Positions 25,276-39,049 of a stretch of 64,000 nt of DNA are shown here, one piece after another. The DNA comes from Malacoraja senta. Taxonomy: Eukaryota. Position 1 is the stretch's first letter. Each line of letters begins with the position of its first letter. The stretch spans positions 2,790,001 through 2,854,000 of the forward strand of contig CM075988.1 of NCBI GenBank assembly GCA_038087875.1. The letters are read 5' to 3'. The position numbers and the translations under genes are program-made. Below the pieces are notes generated by a model. The model was not told where the DNA came from. It ran no database searches and saw nothing but the letters and a program-made list of their open reading frames with translations.

Positions 25276-25574
25276 CAAGAATATAGACAATAAAAGCTGG
25301 AGTAACTCAGCGGGATGGGCAGCATCTCTGGGGATTTCAGGTCGAGACCCTTCTTCTGACACCATAGTATTCTATGGTCTATGTTCTAATACATATCATT
25401 ATTTCTTCACAGAAGTCAAATATTTTTGTCGGACAGGAAATTCCCTTGACAGAGCTAGGTTTGCTGTCGTGGATTAGTTCCTGTCTTTCCAATTGATCAT
25501 TAATCCTGGCCCCCAGTATATATTCCATTATCTTCTCCCCCGCTGATATTTGACTCGCAGATCTATAGATAGCA

Positions 25575-26942
25575 GGGATATCCTTCGCCTCTTCAACAAC
25601 TTCATTTTCCCAGACCCCCACTCCCTCATCTTCACCATGGATGTCCAGTCACTCTACACTTCCATCCCCCACCAGGAAGGTCTTAAAGCCCTCTGTTTCT
25701 TCCTCAGCCGCAGAACCAGCCAATTTCCGTCTACTAATACTCTCCTCCGCCTAGCAGAGCTGGTCCTCACACTCAACAACTTCTCCATCGACTCCTCCCA
25801 CTTCCTCCAAATCCAAGGCGCAGCTATGGGCACTCGCATGGGGCCCTTCCATCACAGGAAACAGATTATTGACCGACATCTACTACAAACCTACTGACTC
25901 CCATAGCTATCTAGACTACACTTCTTCCCACCCTGCTTCCTGTAAAGACTCTATCCCCTACTCTCAATTCCTCCGTCTACGCCGCATCTGCGCCCAGGAT
26001 GAGGTTTTCCATACTGGATCATCGGAGATGTCCTCATTCTTTAGGAAATGGGAGTTCCCCTCTTCCATTATAGATGAGGCTCTCACTAGGGTCTCCTCGA
26101 TATCCCACAGCTCTGTTCTTGCTCCACCTCCCCCCATTCACAACAAGGACAGTCCTCACCTTTCGCCATCAGCCGTCGCATACAGCATATAATCCTCCAA
26201 CACCTTCGCCACCTCCAACAGGATCCCACAACTGGCCACATCTTCCTATCTCCACCCCTTTCTGCTTTCCGCAGAGACCGCTTCCTCCGCAACACCCTGG
26301 TCAACTTGTCCCCTCCCCAGATACTTTCCCCTGCAACTGCTGGAGATGCAACACCTGTCCCTTTACCTCCCCCCTCGACTCCATCCAAGGACCCCGACAG
26401 TCTTTTCAGGTGTGGCAGAGGTTCACTTGCACCTCTTGCAACCTCATCTACTGTATCCGCTGTTCCAGGTGTCAACTTCTGTACATCGGCGAGACAAGCG
26501 CAGGCTCGGCCATCGTTTCGCTGAACAACTCTGCTCAGTCACCTTAACCTACCTGATCTCCCGGTTGCTCAGCACTTTGACTCCCCCTCCCATTCCCAAT
26601 CTGACCTTTCTGTCCTGGGCCTCCTCCATTGTCAAAGTGAGGCCCAACGCAAATTGGAGGAACAGCACCTCATATTTCGCTTGGGCAGCTTACATTGACT
26701 TCTCTAAATTCAAATAGCCCTTGCTTTCTCTCTCTCTCCATCCCCTCCCCATCCCAGTTCTCCCACCAGTCTTACTGTCTCCGACTACATTCTATCTCTG
26801 TCCCGCCCAGTCTGAAGAAGGGGCTCGACCTGAAACTTCTCCCATTCCTTCTCTCCAGAGATGCTGCCTGTCCCGCTGAGTTACTCCAGCATTTTGAGTC
26901 TACCTTCGATTTAAACCAGCATCTGCAGTTCCTTCCTTCACA
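25575..26942 (+). mobile_element. Penelope-like retroelement with internally deleted RT, GIY-YIG endonuclease and terminal repeat
   Basis: FTMDVQSLYTSIP, GAAMGTRMGP, YYKPTDSHSYLDYTSSHP, NLIYCIRCSRCQLLYIGET; the catalytic DD block appears deleted near 25845; CTGAAGA..GAAA motif at 26812. Confidence 0.9.
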
Positions 26943-29900
26943 TATCTCTGCTGCCCTTCTTGTGAAGGGAGACCACATTTTGTTGTCCTCCAGTCATCTG
27001 GGTATTACCTGTGATTGGTGAAAATTAAAAAACCTCTGCCAGAATACCACAATCACTTCCCTCGCCTCCTGTAGAAACCTGGAATGAATCCCATTCTCCC
27101 AGGCACAGAGTCATAGTCATACAGCAGCACCTGCACACCTGCACACCTGCACACCTGCACACGACAACCAACATGCCCCATCTATACTAGTCCCACCTGC
27201 CCGCATTTTGCTCATATTCCTCTAAACCTTTCCTTTCCATGTACCTGCCCAAATGTCTTTTAAATATTGTGATAGTACCTGCTTCCAGAAATTCCTCCAG
27301 CACCTCGTTCATTCTGCCCACCAACATTTGTGTGGAAAAGTTGCCGTCGAATTTTCCATTATTTGTTTCCCCTCTCACCTTAAACCTATGTCCTCTGGTT
27401 CTTGATTCCCTACTCTGGGTAAAAGGCTCTATGCATCTACCCCATCTATTCCTGTCATGATCTTATACACCTCCATAAGATCACTCCTCATCCTCCTGTG
27501 CTCCAAGGAATAAAGTCCTAGCCTGCTCAACCACTCCCCATAACTCAGGTCCTCAAGTCCTGGAATATCCTCGTAAATCTTCTCCGCACCTTTTTCAACT
27601 TTCGGCCCACCAAGACCATACAGACCAGCGTTCCCTGCACATTAACACTATCCTACACACACCCTGGACAATTTACATTTATACAAAGCCAATTAACCTG
27701 TGCAGTTGTAAGTGCTGTAAGGCAACTACTTTACTGCTGTGCCACTGTGCCACCCACATATATGTATTCTATGTTTCCATTCCTCACCTTTGTACAACCC
27801 TCCATATGTGCTTTTTTTTAGTGGATAGGATTGGTTTAGAGGGATTAGGATCGGATAGGTTTAGGGGGATATGGGCCAAGCGCAGGCAGGTGGGACTTGT
27901 GTAGCATTAGGGGATCTCTGTACCTGTAACCTCTGACCTTTACTCTTTCAGGAACATTTTGTCCCTGAACTCTTGTTATTTCTCCTTTGAATGCTTGCCC
28001 CTGTGCAGATGTAGACTTAACTGCAGATAGATGTTGTAGATGTCAGTCTACCTTTGTCAAGTCTTCCCTATTGCTAATGAAATTGGCCTTAACCCAATGT
28101 AAGACCTTTATTACTTGTCTACCCCTATCCTTTAAAATATATTGTGTTACTGGTACTATTTCAAAACTGCATCGTGTTGTGGACACTATAAGGTCATAGG
28201 TCATAAGAGAAAATTAGGCCATTCAGCCCATCGAGTCTACTCCGCCATTCGATCATGGCTGATCTATCTTTCCCTCCTAACCCTATTCTCCTGCCTTCTC
28301 CCCATAACCCTTGACACCATACTAATCAAGAATCTATCTATCTCTGCCTTAAATACTATCTCCAAACTGTATGGTGTTGTGGGCATTATTTCAAAAATGA
28401 TCCTCTCCTGATTTTCCCTTCACCTGCACATTCCCCAGGGTCCAATATTGATTGGTTTCATCTATCTACATACTACGATAAAAAGCTCTCATGAACACGT
28501 CAAAATATTCTCTCCCTATTAATATTTGGGAAATTGAAATGCCCAAGTACAATAACTATTTGTATTGTATCTCCCTGATATCTGTTAGCATATCTGCTTC
28601 TCTATCTCCATTTGGAGGTCAGCAGTACGCCACCAGCAAAGGGACTACACCCTTTTTGTTCCTAATCTCCCTGTTCGGCACATTTGAGAAGCCGTTGAGG
28701 AGTTCATTGTCACAGACGGCGGGTGGAGGCCAAGTCACTGGATATTTTTAAGACAGAGATTGAGAGATTCGTGATTAGTACAGGTGTCAGGGGTTATGGG
28801 GAGAAGGCAGGAGAATGAGGTTGAGAGGAAGAGATAGATCAGCCATGATTGAATGGCGGAGTAGACTTGATGGGCCGAATGGCCTCATTTTGCTCCTAGA
28901 AGAAGTTTTGAACCTACCCTCCCTCAATCCTGAATTCATGCAATGATTGATTGACAGTGCAATACCTCCTCCCCTTTTACTCGCCCCGCTGTCTCACCTG
29001 AAATTGCCGCACCCTGGGATAGATGACGGCAATATTGTGGACCCCTCTCAATGAAAGTTCAGCAAGACTTAGCTTTATGTAGGTGGTGGCGAGTCACGTC
29101 TGAAACTCTCAAACCAAGGGTTAGAGACCCGATTCTCCATCACCTACCCAAAGGCATTCCCACAGTGGTGAGAAAAGCAAGTTCAGCATCTGAAGAAGGG
29201 TTTCGACCTGAAACGTCACCCATTCCTTCTCTCCAGAGATGCTGAGTTACTCCAGCATTTTGTGTCTATCATCACTATCTGATCATGCTGCAACGGTGCG
29301 TGGAGACTCAAGAGACTGCAGATGCAGGAATCTAGACAACAAACAATCTGCTGGAGGAACTCAGAAGCGCCGGGCAGCATCTGTGGGGGAAGGAATTGCT
29401 GACATTTCACTATTTTGAAGAATGAAAGGCCTGGATTGAGTGGATGTGGAGAGGATATTTCCACTGGTGGGAGAGTCTAGGACCAGAGGCTACAGCCTCA
29501 ATAAAAGGACCTTTAGAAAGGAGATGAGTAGGAATGTCTTTAGTCAGAGTGTAGTGAATCTTTGTCACTGACGGTGGTGGAGGCCAAGTCAATTAATATT
29601 TTTAAGGTGGAGTAACAGATTCAGGGGTTATGGAGTAAATTCAGGAGAATGGGGTTGAGTGTCAAAGATAGATCCGCCATGATTGAATGGCGGAGTAGAC
29701 TTGATGGGCCAAATGGCCTAAGGCTTCTCCAATAACGCATGAACTTATGACATTTCGGGTCGAGGCCTTATATCAGGGCATCACACTGGTGTGAGACATA
29801 GAGGGATTTGGAAGGGGCACTACTGATGTGGCACAGGAGTGCAGCTGGTAGACCTGCTGCCTCATAGCGCCAGAGACCTGGGTTTGATCATGACCTTGGG

Positions 29901-30939
29901 TGCTGTCTGTGGGTGGAGTCTGAACGTTCTCCCTGTAACCGCGTGGGTTTCCTCCGGGTGCTCTGGTTTCATAAAGACGTGTGGGTTTGTAGTTTAATTG
30001 GCCCTCTGTAAATAGTCCCTAGTGTGTGGAGAGTGGATGAGAAACTAATTACATAGAACTAGTGTGAACGGGTGATCGATGGTCAACATGGACTCGGTGG
30101 GGCGAAGGGCCTGTTTCTATGCTGCATCTCTAAACTAAAACTATACCTGTGTGCAGACTGATCTCAGCTTCTGTGCCGCACTGCTATGGGCAGTACACTC
30201 TACAGCTACTGAGTACCCGAGGTGTCGGAGTGAACGTTCAGGGTGGTATTCAGAGGGCTGCTTTTCCGTGGATGGCTGTACACTGCTGGGGTGTTGTTAA
30301 ACATCCCATCATCCAGACAAATGAGAGTATTCCCAACACTGCCCCATGTGTTTTGTAGAAGTTGAACCAGGTAATGTGGTGTCAGGGGTGAGTCACTGTC
30401 CTCAGGGTAGCCCCTCTTTGACCTGCTACAGTGGCCGCAGAGGCTGGGCCAGTTCGTAATCTAATTGATGTTAATTGTTTGTTTGAAAAATGTCAGCATG
30501 GAAACACTTTGGGCCACCGAGTCCATGCTGACCATCGATCACCCCTTCACACTAGTTCTATGTTATCCTACTTTTGCATCCACTCCCTACACACTAGGGA
30601 CAATTTACAGAGACCAATGAACCTGTGTTTCAGACTGAAGAAGGGTCTCGACCCGAAACGTTGCCTGTTTCCTTCGCTCCATAGATGCTGCCTCACCTGC
30701 TGAGTTTCTCCAACATTTTTGTCAACCTACAAACCTGTATGCCTTTGGGATGTAGGAGGAAACTGGAGCACCCGGAGAAAACCCACATGGTCACAGGGAG
30801 AAGGTAAGGCTGCTACAAGCAAGATCTTCATCATTCCTGTACTTGGGTATGTGGCCGTCAACTCAACTTGACATGGCTACATGGAGAGGTGAGGAGAGTG
30901 TGATGGGAGGTTGCAGCAGGTGGTGATCTCATGTACCTG

Positions 30940-31629
30940 TGATAAGGCTGAATTAAGTAAAAAATATAAGAAGATATTAAATTGGTTCCTGGGCTAGCTT
31001 ACAGCTTATATTTAGTCTCCAATTAGGCTTTTCTCCAGTAGATTAATACAGAAAGGCAAGTTTAGGCTTGCCTCAGGTTGCTGTGTATTGAGATAATGAA
31101 TAACTATAACATTTGTCTACCATTTGACGAGAGAGGAAGCAGAGAAGAAGCTAGATTGATCTAAGGGGTATTGACAAATGGCTGATGCCTTTAATATGTA
31201 AAATGCCTTGCACCAAATGTCCGATGTCTGTGAGGGGGGAAGTGATGAGAGAGGAAGCTAGATTGATCTAAGGGGCATTGACAAATGGCCAATGTCTTTA
31301 ATATGTAAGATATCTTGTACCATATGACAAAATGCCTTTGATGTGATGGATTCTGTAGAAACCTTTATTTCCTGTACCTCTGACCATGACTAATGTTTGT
31401 GGAATGTGCTAAGGTGACAAAAAACCATCATATAATACGATGTAATTCAGTTGTTCGGAGAGGTGGAATGAGGACGGTGAAGTGTCTGTATTGCTCACTT
31501 GACTGCTGTTCCTCACCACTTCTATCGGCCGATAATAAGTAAAGTTTTGAACTGGTCTACCAAACGTTTGCGAGTTGTCTGTTTATTAAGAAGCGAACCT
31601 GTTTGATTGTTATAAAAGTAACTTTTTCA
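30940..31629 (+). mobile_element. Solo LTR (690 bp)
   Basis: TG...CA termini (TGATAAG / TTTTTCA), 4-bp TSD CCTG at 30936-30939 and 31630-31633, internal direct repeat (about 31141-31220 vs 31248-31330), TATA-like CATATATAA near 31427 and AGTAAA near 31538; strand inferred from those two signals. Confidence 0.85.
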
Positions 31630-33261
31630 CCTGCTCCCATTGTATCACTAGGTGCTGCAGGGTGCAGGCACCCTGGAGGGTGATGTCAAAGAAGGCCCAG
31701 TGGATTGCTGCAGTGTATTCTCCCCATGGTCATTCTGTAGCCACACGATGCCAGTGAATGCTCAGTGTGGCTGTGAAGAGCCTGCCGAGCACGTGGCTTT
31801 GTTCTAGATGCTTCTGCCACCGTTCAGGGGCATGTTTACGAGGAGGAGGTGAATCACTGGCTCTGGGAGTGGGGGATTTCCAAAGAGATCTCTCTTGTGT
31901 TGTGTGTAGTTTAGTTTACAATCGGAAGACTTTGGTTTTGGCCAAAACTAAGGTTTTGTTTAGTGCGGAAACAGGCCCTTCGGCCCACCGAGTCCGTGTC
32001 AACCAGCGATCCCTGTGCCCTAGCACTAACGTACACACTAGGGACAATTTACAATTTTACCGAAGCCAATTAACCTACAAACTTGTACGTCTTTGAGCGT
32101 GGGTGGAAACCGAAGATCTCGGAGAAAACCCACGCAGGTCACGGGGAGAACGTGCAAACTCCATACAGAAAGCACCCATAGTCAGGATCGAACCTGGATC
32201 TCTGGCAGCAACTCTAACACTGCGCAACCATGCCACTTTAGTACAACCCAACTGATGAAGATTATTTTCACCTCGACTCCGTGACAACGCTTATTTACTG
32301 CACTGACAGTGCCAGCAGTCATTCATTGCTCCTGGACGGAGGAAGAATATCAAGTCAGCTAGTACTGATGAAAGATCACCACCCTAAAGATTAAGATGTA
32401 GAAACAAGAATCTGCAGATACTCATCCACACAAAAGGACACAAAGTGCTGACGTAACTTAGCGGGTCAGGCAGCATCACTGGAGGGCAGCAAATGGCCAA
32501 TGCAGCGCCAGAGACCTGGGTCCGATCCAGACTACAGGTGCCGTCTGTACAGAGTTTGTATGTTCTCTCCGTGACCTGCGTGGGTTTTCTCCGTGCGCTT
32601 CGGTTACCTCGCACACTCCAAATACGTACAGGTTTGTAGGTTAATGGCATTTCAATATATGTAAATTGTCCCTAGGATAGTATCAATGTGCGGGGATCGC
32701 TGGTCGGTGCGGATCCGGTGGGCCGAGGGGCCTGTTTCCGCTCCAGATCTCTAAACTAAATTAAACTAAAACTAAGCTAAAAGAACATGCATATGTGACG
32801 TTTCTTGTCGGGACCTTTGTTCAGACTAAACGCCACCTCTCCATGCGTCTCCAGAGATGCTGCCTAACCCGGTGAGTTACTCCAGCACTTTGTGTCCTTT
32901 CTTTTACGCTGAAGATGAACCCTGTTTCTTTCCCCACAGGTACTGACTAACTGGTGGAGTATTTCCAGCATTTCTGTAGTGCATTGGTCTGGGGTCACAT
33001 ATAGTGCAGGTGAGGTCAGCTGGTGCCTTTCCTGGAGGAGGTTCATGGATCAGATGGTGTTTACAACAATACAGTTGCTTCACTGAGACTAGATTGTATT
33101 TTCATATTCCAGATTTATTACATTATTTGAATTTAAATGGCCAAATGCCACATTTGGATTTGAACTCGTGTCTCCAGATCAGTGGTGCAGATGTCTGGCT
33201 GTCAGTCACCATTGTGCCATTATAGATCACATTTCCTTGATATCATAACAAATCAAATTAG

Positions 33262-33545
33262 TGCGGCACGGTGGCGCAGCGGTAAAGTTGCTGCCTTACA
33301 GCACCAGAAACCCGGGTTCGATCCTGACAATCGGTGCTGTTTGTACGTACTCCCCATGACCTGCATGGGTTTTCTCCGGGATCTCCAGTTTCCTCCCACA
33401 CTCAAAAAACGTACAGGTTTGTAGGTTAATTGGCTTGGTATAAGTGTAAATTGTTCCTAGTTTGTTGGATAGTGTTAATGTGCGGGGATAGTTGGTCGGT
33501 GTGGACTCGGTGAGCCGAAGGGCCAGTTTCCGTGGTGTATCTGTA
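33262..33545 (+). mobile_element. tRNA-derived V-domain SINE with well-preserved Pol III boxes
   Basis: A box TGGCGCAGCGG, B box GGTTCGATCC, V-like core. Confidence 0.9.
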
Positions 33546-35920
33546 AAAAAAAAATGTTTCATGATACTTTGATGGCAGAGGCAGTCAGTTTTACTGTGCC
33601 TCTGGGCTCTGATCTGGAATGGTCAAAGAAGTGTAATCTACTCCAGATCTCTCTGCTCCACATACAAACCGGGACAAAAGCAACCTGAACGATTATCACC
33701 ACTCAGTGTGCTGTCCAACAGGTAGCAACTGTCAAAGTGCACGTTCTCCAATGATCCTCGGATGCTCAGACCAGGGGTGGCACAGTGGTGCAGTGGGTAG
33801 AACTGCTGCCTCACAACGCTAGTTCGATCCTGACCTCGGGTTCCGTCTGTGCAGATTTTGCACCTTCTCCCTGTGGATTTCCATCTGGTTTCCTCCCACA
33901 TCTCAAAGACATGCGGGTTTGTAGGCCTCTGTAAATGTGGGTGAGTGGTAGAATCTGGGGGGAGTTGGTGACAATATGAGGAGAATAAATTGGATCAGAG
34001 TAATGGAGACACTAGGGACCACAGATGCTGGTTTACAAAAACAAACACAAAATCTCAGCGGGTCAGGCAGCATTTCTGGAGTTCATGGATCTGTGATGTT
34101 TTGGGCCAGGATCCTCTTTGAGTCTGATTAGATTAGTTTTGTGTAAATGGGGGGTTGACAGTCAGTGTAGACACAATGGGCCAAATAATAAAAGGGCATA
34201 CCTTTGGAAAGGAGATGAGGAGGAATTTCTTTCGCCAAAGGGTGTGGAATCTGTGGAATTCCAAGTCAATGGCCAAATCATTGGGTGTTTTTAAAGGGGA
34301 GGTTGACAAATTCTTGATTAGTATGGGTGTCAAAGGTTATGGGGAGAAGGTAGGAGAATGGGGTTGAGAGGGAAAGATAGATCAGCCATGATTGAATGGC
34401 AGAGTAGACTCGTGGCCTAATTCTGCTCCAATGTCATGAATTTATAAGGGCCTGTTTCCACGCTGTATCTCTCTTTGAAAAAATTAACTCAGAGCACATA
34501 TGGGGAAAGTGTAAATGACTGTCCCATATTTGAGGAATCATTTGATTCTTCATTTGATGTTGTGGAAACTAAGTAAGCATGTGGCGGCATTCTGGTTACG
34601 TTACTGCCCTCACTACCAGCATGTTCCAACACCCTGGACCATGGACATGGCAGTGGGAGGGTGGATACACTGCGGCCTAGTGCTGCCCCTGGGTGGGCCG
34701 GAGAGCTGACTACAGCCGGAGCAGGTAGCTGTGGTAGGAGATCAGCCCTCCTGGACCCAGGGGCTGGGAAAGAGCTGCAGCAAACCCCTGGATAAAGGGC
34801 CTTCAAAGGGAACGTCCTGCAGCAAACAACAGCAGGAGATGGAGGCTGCTGCATTCACAGAGGTCAGCCCTCTGAGGGCAAGCACACCGGAGCATAACTA
34901 CCTCACACATCATATGGGGCTGTCCATAGACATAGCAGCAGAATCAGGCCATTTGGCCCATCTACTCTGTGAATCCCTGGTCTTTGTGTGTGGGGAGACA
35001 ATGGGGAGAGATTACATTGAACTAACTTCAGGAAGTGATGGGAATCCAGCAGACCTTGGTGCTCTCGGTCTTATGTAGATGTGGAGGGGTGGATTTAGTT
35101 CTGTTTAGTTTAGTTTAGTTTAGAGATACTGTGCGGAAACAGGCCCTTCGGCCCACCATCCATGATGACCAGCGAGCCCCGCACACTAACACTATCCTAC
35201 ACACACTAGGGACAATTTAAAATTATACCAAACCAATTAACCTACAAACCTGACAACTTTGGAGTGTGGGAGGAAACCGGAGCACCCGGGGAAAAACCCA
35301 CGCAGGTCACGGAGGGAACATACAAACTTCGTAGAGAGAGTCAGTCTGTCTGTGGGGTCTGTCGCACTTCCCCTGGGGCTTGTGTGTACCGTGACTTCCG
35401 TCTGACATAGATGTTCAGGACAGAAGGTACATGGAGGGTGTCTGTGCTCTGCAGGAGAGCTGTTTGTTCCCAGCCTCCACATACAGTCTCCACTAACACA
35501 GATGTTCACTCATCCCTGAATGCAGAGAGCAGTGCCGGTGAGCTGTGAACGTGTGTGCCTGTGTGAGTGGCTCAGTACATCTGCTGTAATATTTCCCACT
35601 GTGTTCCTCTCCTTGCTTCCAGGCTAACACATTCCCTCCATTACTGCAGCGCTGCTAAAAATACCTGACCTTTACAGGAACCTGTCATGTCCAACTGTTC
35701 TTCACTCTGATCAACTGACTGCAGTACATCTGCACTAACAACAGGTCAGGTGCAGCTGCTGCAAACCTGCAGTAAACACAGAAACATTGCAATCAGGTCA
35801 GGCAGCGTCTGTGGAGAAAGGAACACTTCGCAGTTCAGGCAAATAACCCTTGGTCGGAACTTCTCTTTAAAATAAAAAAAATATTCTGATGGTAGTTTAT
35901 TGACCTGAGATGTTAACTCT

Positions 35921-36808
35921 CCACACACACTCACTCACTCACTCACTCACTCACACACACACTCACTCACACACACTCACTCACACACACTCACGCACAC
36001 ACTCACACACTCAGTCACACACAAACTCACTCACACACTCACACACTCACTCACACACACACTCACACACTCACTCACACACACACTCACTCACACACAC
36101 TCACTCACACACTCACTCACTCACACACTCACACACTCACTCACACTCACACTCCACACACTCACTCACTCACGCACACACTCACTCACACTCACGCACA
36201 CACTCACTCACACTCACTCACACACTCACTCACACTCATTCACACGCTCATTCACACTCACTCCACACACACACTCACTCACACTCACACTCACACTCAC
36301 ACACACTCACTCACACACTCACCCACACACTCACCCACACACTCACTCACACACTCACACACACTCACTCTCCACACATTCACTCAGACACTCACTCTCC
36401 GCACACTCACACATTCACTCACACATTCACTCACACACACACTCACTCACACACTCACTCACACTCACTCTCCACACACTCACACACTCATACACACACT
36501 CATTCACACACTCATTCACACACTCACACACTCACTCACACACTCATCACACACTCACACAATCACACACTCAATCATGCACTCACGCAAACTGTCACAT
36601 ACACTCATTCACACACACTCACACACACATTCACACTCACACACTCGCACACAAACATGTATGCACTCACACGCACACACTCACGCGCACTCACTCACAC
36701 TCACGCACTCACTCACACTCACTCACACAATCACACTCAATCACGCAAACTCAGTCACAAACTTAGTATTAATCACACACTCGCACCAACACACTCTCAC
36801 TCACACAC
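35921..36808. repeat. (CA)/(CACT)-rich low-complexity array
   Basis: Read directly; explains the His/Thr/Ser ORFs in this interval. Confidence 0.95.
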
Positions 36809-37732
36809 TGCCTGACCTGTGGAGAATTTCCGGCACTTTCTACAGAAAGAGGGCCTTACATTGGTGTAGCATTTACAGACCTACAGCACACTGGATGTCC
36901 AATGAGGGACCTCTGAGGTGCCACCACCCTTGGTACGCTTGGAGATGGGCTGAGAGTCCAAGCATGGGATCTTGCAGAGGGCAGAGAGAGCGGACATCTC
37001 TGGGAAGAGGTGGAGGGTGTAGACAAGGGGAATCAGCTCTCTCTAGCCCTGCTACCTTCCAGTCAGATTCAAATGTAACTGGAGGAACAGCACCTCATAT
37101 TCCGCTCTAGTAGCTTACAACCCAATGAAATAAACGTTGAATTCTCCAATTTTAACTACCTCCCTACTCCTCTCCCTTTCCTGCCCCCCCCACCCCCACC
37201 CCCAAGCCTGATGCGTACCCATTTTTCTCACTGTCCCGCCATTCTTTCCCTCACCCCTTGTTCCCTTCCATCTACATCACTCCCTCTGGCTTTAAATTTC
37301 ACTCCTCCCCTCCTTTTCTCATTCCCTTTTGTCTCCTTTTCATCTCTGACCATTGTCTACCTACCTGCCACCCAGCCCCCACCACCTCCCGCCTCCCTAT
37401 CTGTATCCACCTATCACTTGCCAGGCTTTGTCACACACCAAGCTCATTTCCAGCTTTCTCCCTCCTAGTACACTCAGGAAGAATCCCGACCCTAACGTCA
37501 CCTGTCCATCCCCCCCCCCCACCCCTCCACCCTGGCCCGGTGAGTTTCTCCAGCACTTTTGCATTTTGCTCAAGATCCAAATGTTGATCTTCTATGGGCA
37601 AGGAGGTCACCAGTTTCAGTATGTAAGTCTGTAAGCTGAGTGGGGAATCACTGATACCTTCACGTTGGCCCAAACCACATGGTGGGAGGGTGTTATGGAG
37701 GAGCATCACTGAGCTCAAGAGGTCCAGCAACC

Positions 37733-37929
37733 ACGTAGGAAGGAACTGCAGATGCTGGTTTAAACCGAAGATAGACACCAAAAGCTGGAGTAATTCAATG
37801 GGACAGGCAGCATCTCTGGGGAAAAGGAATGGGTGACTTCATTACGACACAAGGAAAACATCATTGCGTCCTTTTCTCCAGAGATGCTGTCTGACCCGTT
37901 GAGTTACTCCAGCTTTTAGTGGCTATCAT
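37733..37929. mobile_element. Palindromic Penelope-derived short insertion
   Basis: Two inverted partial terminal repeats; 13-bp TSD AGGTCCAGCAACC at 37720-37732 and 37930-37942. Confidence 0.8.
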
Positions 37930-39049
37930 AGGTCCAGCAACCTTTCATTTATATTTGCATTGACTATTCCACCTGCCTTCACGAGGCACCTCTTGTTGTT
38001 CCTCCCCCTGTGAAAGGCGTCACCCTCTGATCGCCCGATTCCTTTACCACTTGCTTCAGGACAGGGTTAGAACCTCCATCCATGGTACAGACCAATGGCT
38101 CCTGGCTCGGGCCAGGCCAGACTGAGGGAATTTATGGAGAGCTTCCTGGCCCTTGAGATTGGCTGGTCTCAATCTCTATGGACCTTTCAGGTTCACTGGC
38201 TCCTCAATCTTAGTTTAGTTTAGTTTAGTTTAGTTTAGTTTAGAGATATAGCGTGGAAACAGGCCCTTGAGCCCACCAAGTCCATGCCGACCATCGATCA
38301 CCTGTTCACACTAATTCTATGTCATGTCACTTTCTCGTCCACTCCCCACACAATAGGGGCAATTTACTGAAGACAATTAACCTACAAACTTGCTCATCTT
38401 TGGCATTTGGGAGGCACCTGGTGGAGACTCCACACAGACACCACCAGAAGTCAGGATCAAATCTGGTTCTCTGACACCGTGAGGCAACAGCTCTACCCGC
38501 TGCAAGTCTCTGCCGCCCTATACATAGAATCATACAGATTAGAAAGCAGGGCCCGTGGCCCAACCAATATGCCCCATCAATACTGGTCCCATTTGTACGT
38601 ATTGGTCTCATATCCTTCTAAGCTTTTCCATTCCATGTACCTGCTCAAGTGTCCTTTGTTATTGTACGTGTCCCAACTACCTCCTCTGGCAGCTTGTTCC
38701 TTATATCCACCATCCTGCCAGTGAAAAAGTTACCCTTCAGGTTCCTAAGTGAAATAGTTGCTGCTTGGGTTGCTATAAAATATTGCCATGTGTAACTTTG
38801 TACCAGCACCAATGGTCGAATCCGCCACCCGCTCACCGCCATGTATCCTGACATCCCACAGAGGCAGAGATAGATAGATTCTTGATTAGTAAGGGTGTCC
38901 AGGGTTATGGGGTGAAGGCAGAATGGGGTTGAGAGGGAAAGATAGATCAGCCATGATTGAATGGTGGAGTAGACTTGATGGGCCAAATGGCCTAATTCTG
39001 TTCCTACCACATGAACACTCATGAAAGCAACGCACTGCCCAGACCCTAC

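Noticed and set aside
33262..33335. Possible tRNA genes (A and B boxes)
   Set aside because: These are SINE heads followed by the V-like core and tail; no complete cloverleaf is evident.
34489..35078. Candidate location for the missing KCNJ5 last exon
   Set aside because: None of the frames I read contains MTCQARSSY or WGHRF-like sequence.
35910..37110. His/Thr/Ser-rich ORFs
   Set aside because: Translations of the CA/CACT microsatellite.
38886..39049. C-terminal extension of the 365-aa Kir ORF (RVWAVRCFH...)
   Set aside because: Read-through past the conserved splice donor into intron and CR1 3' sequence.
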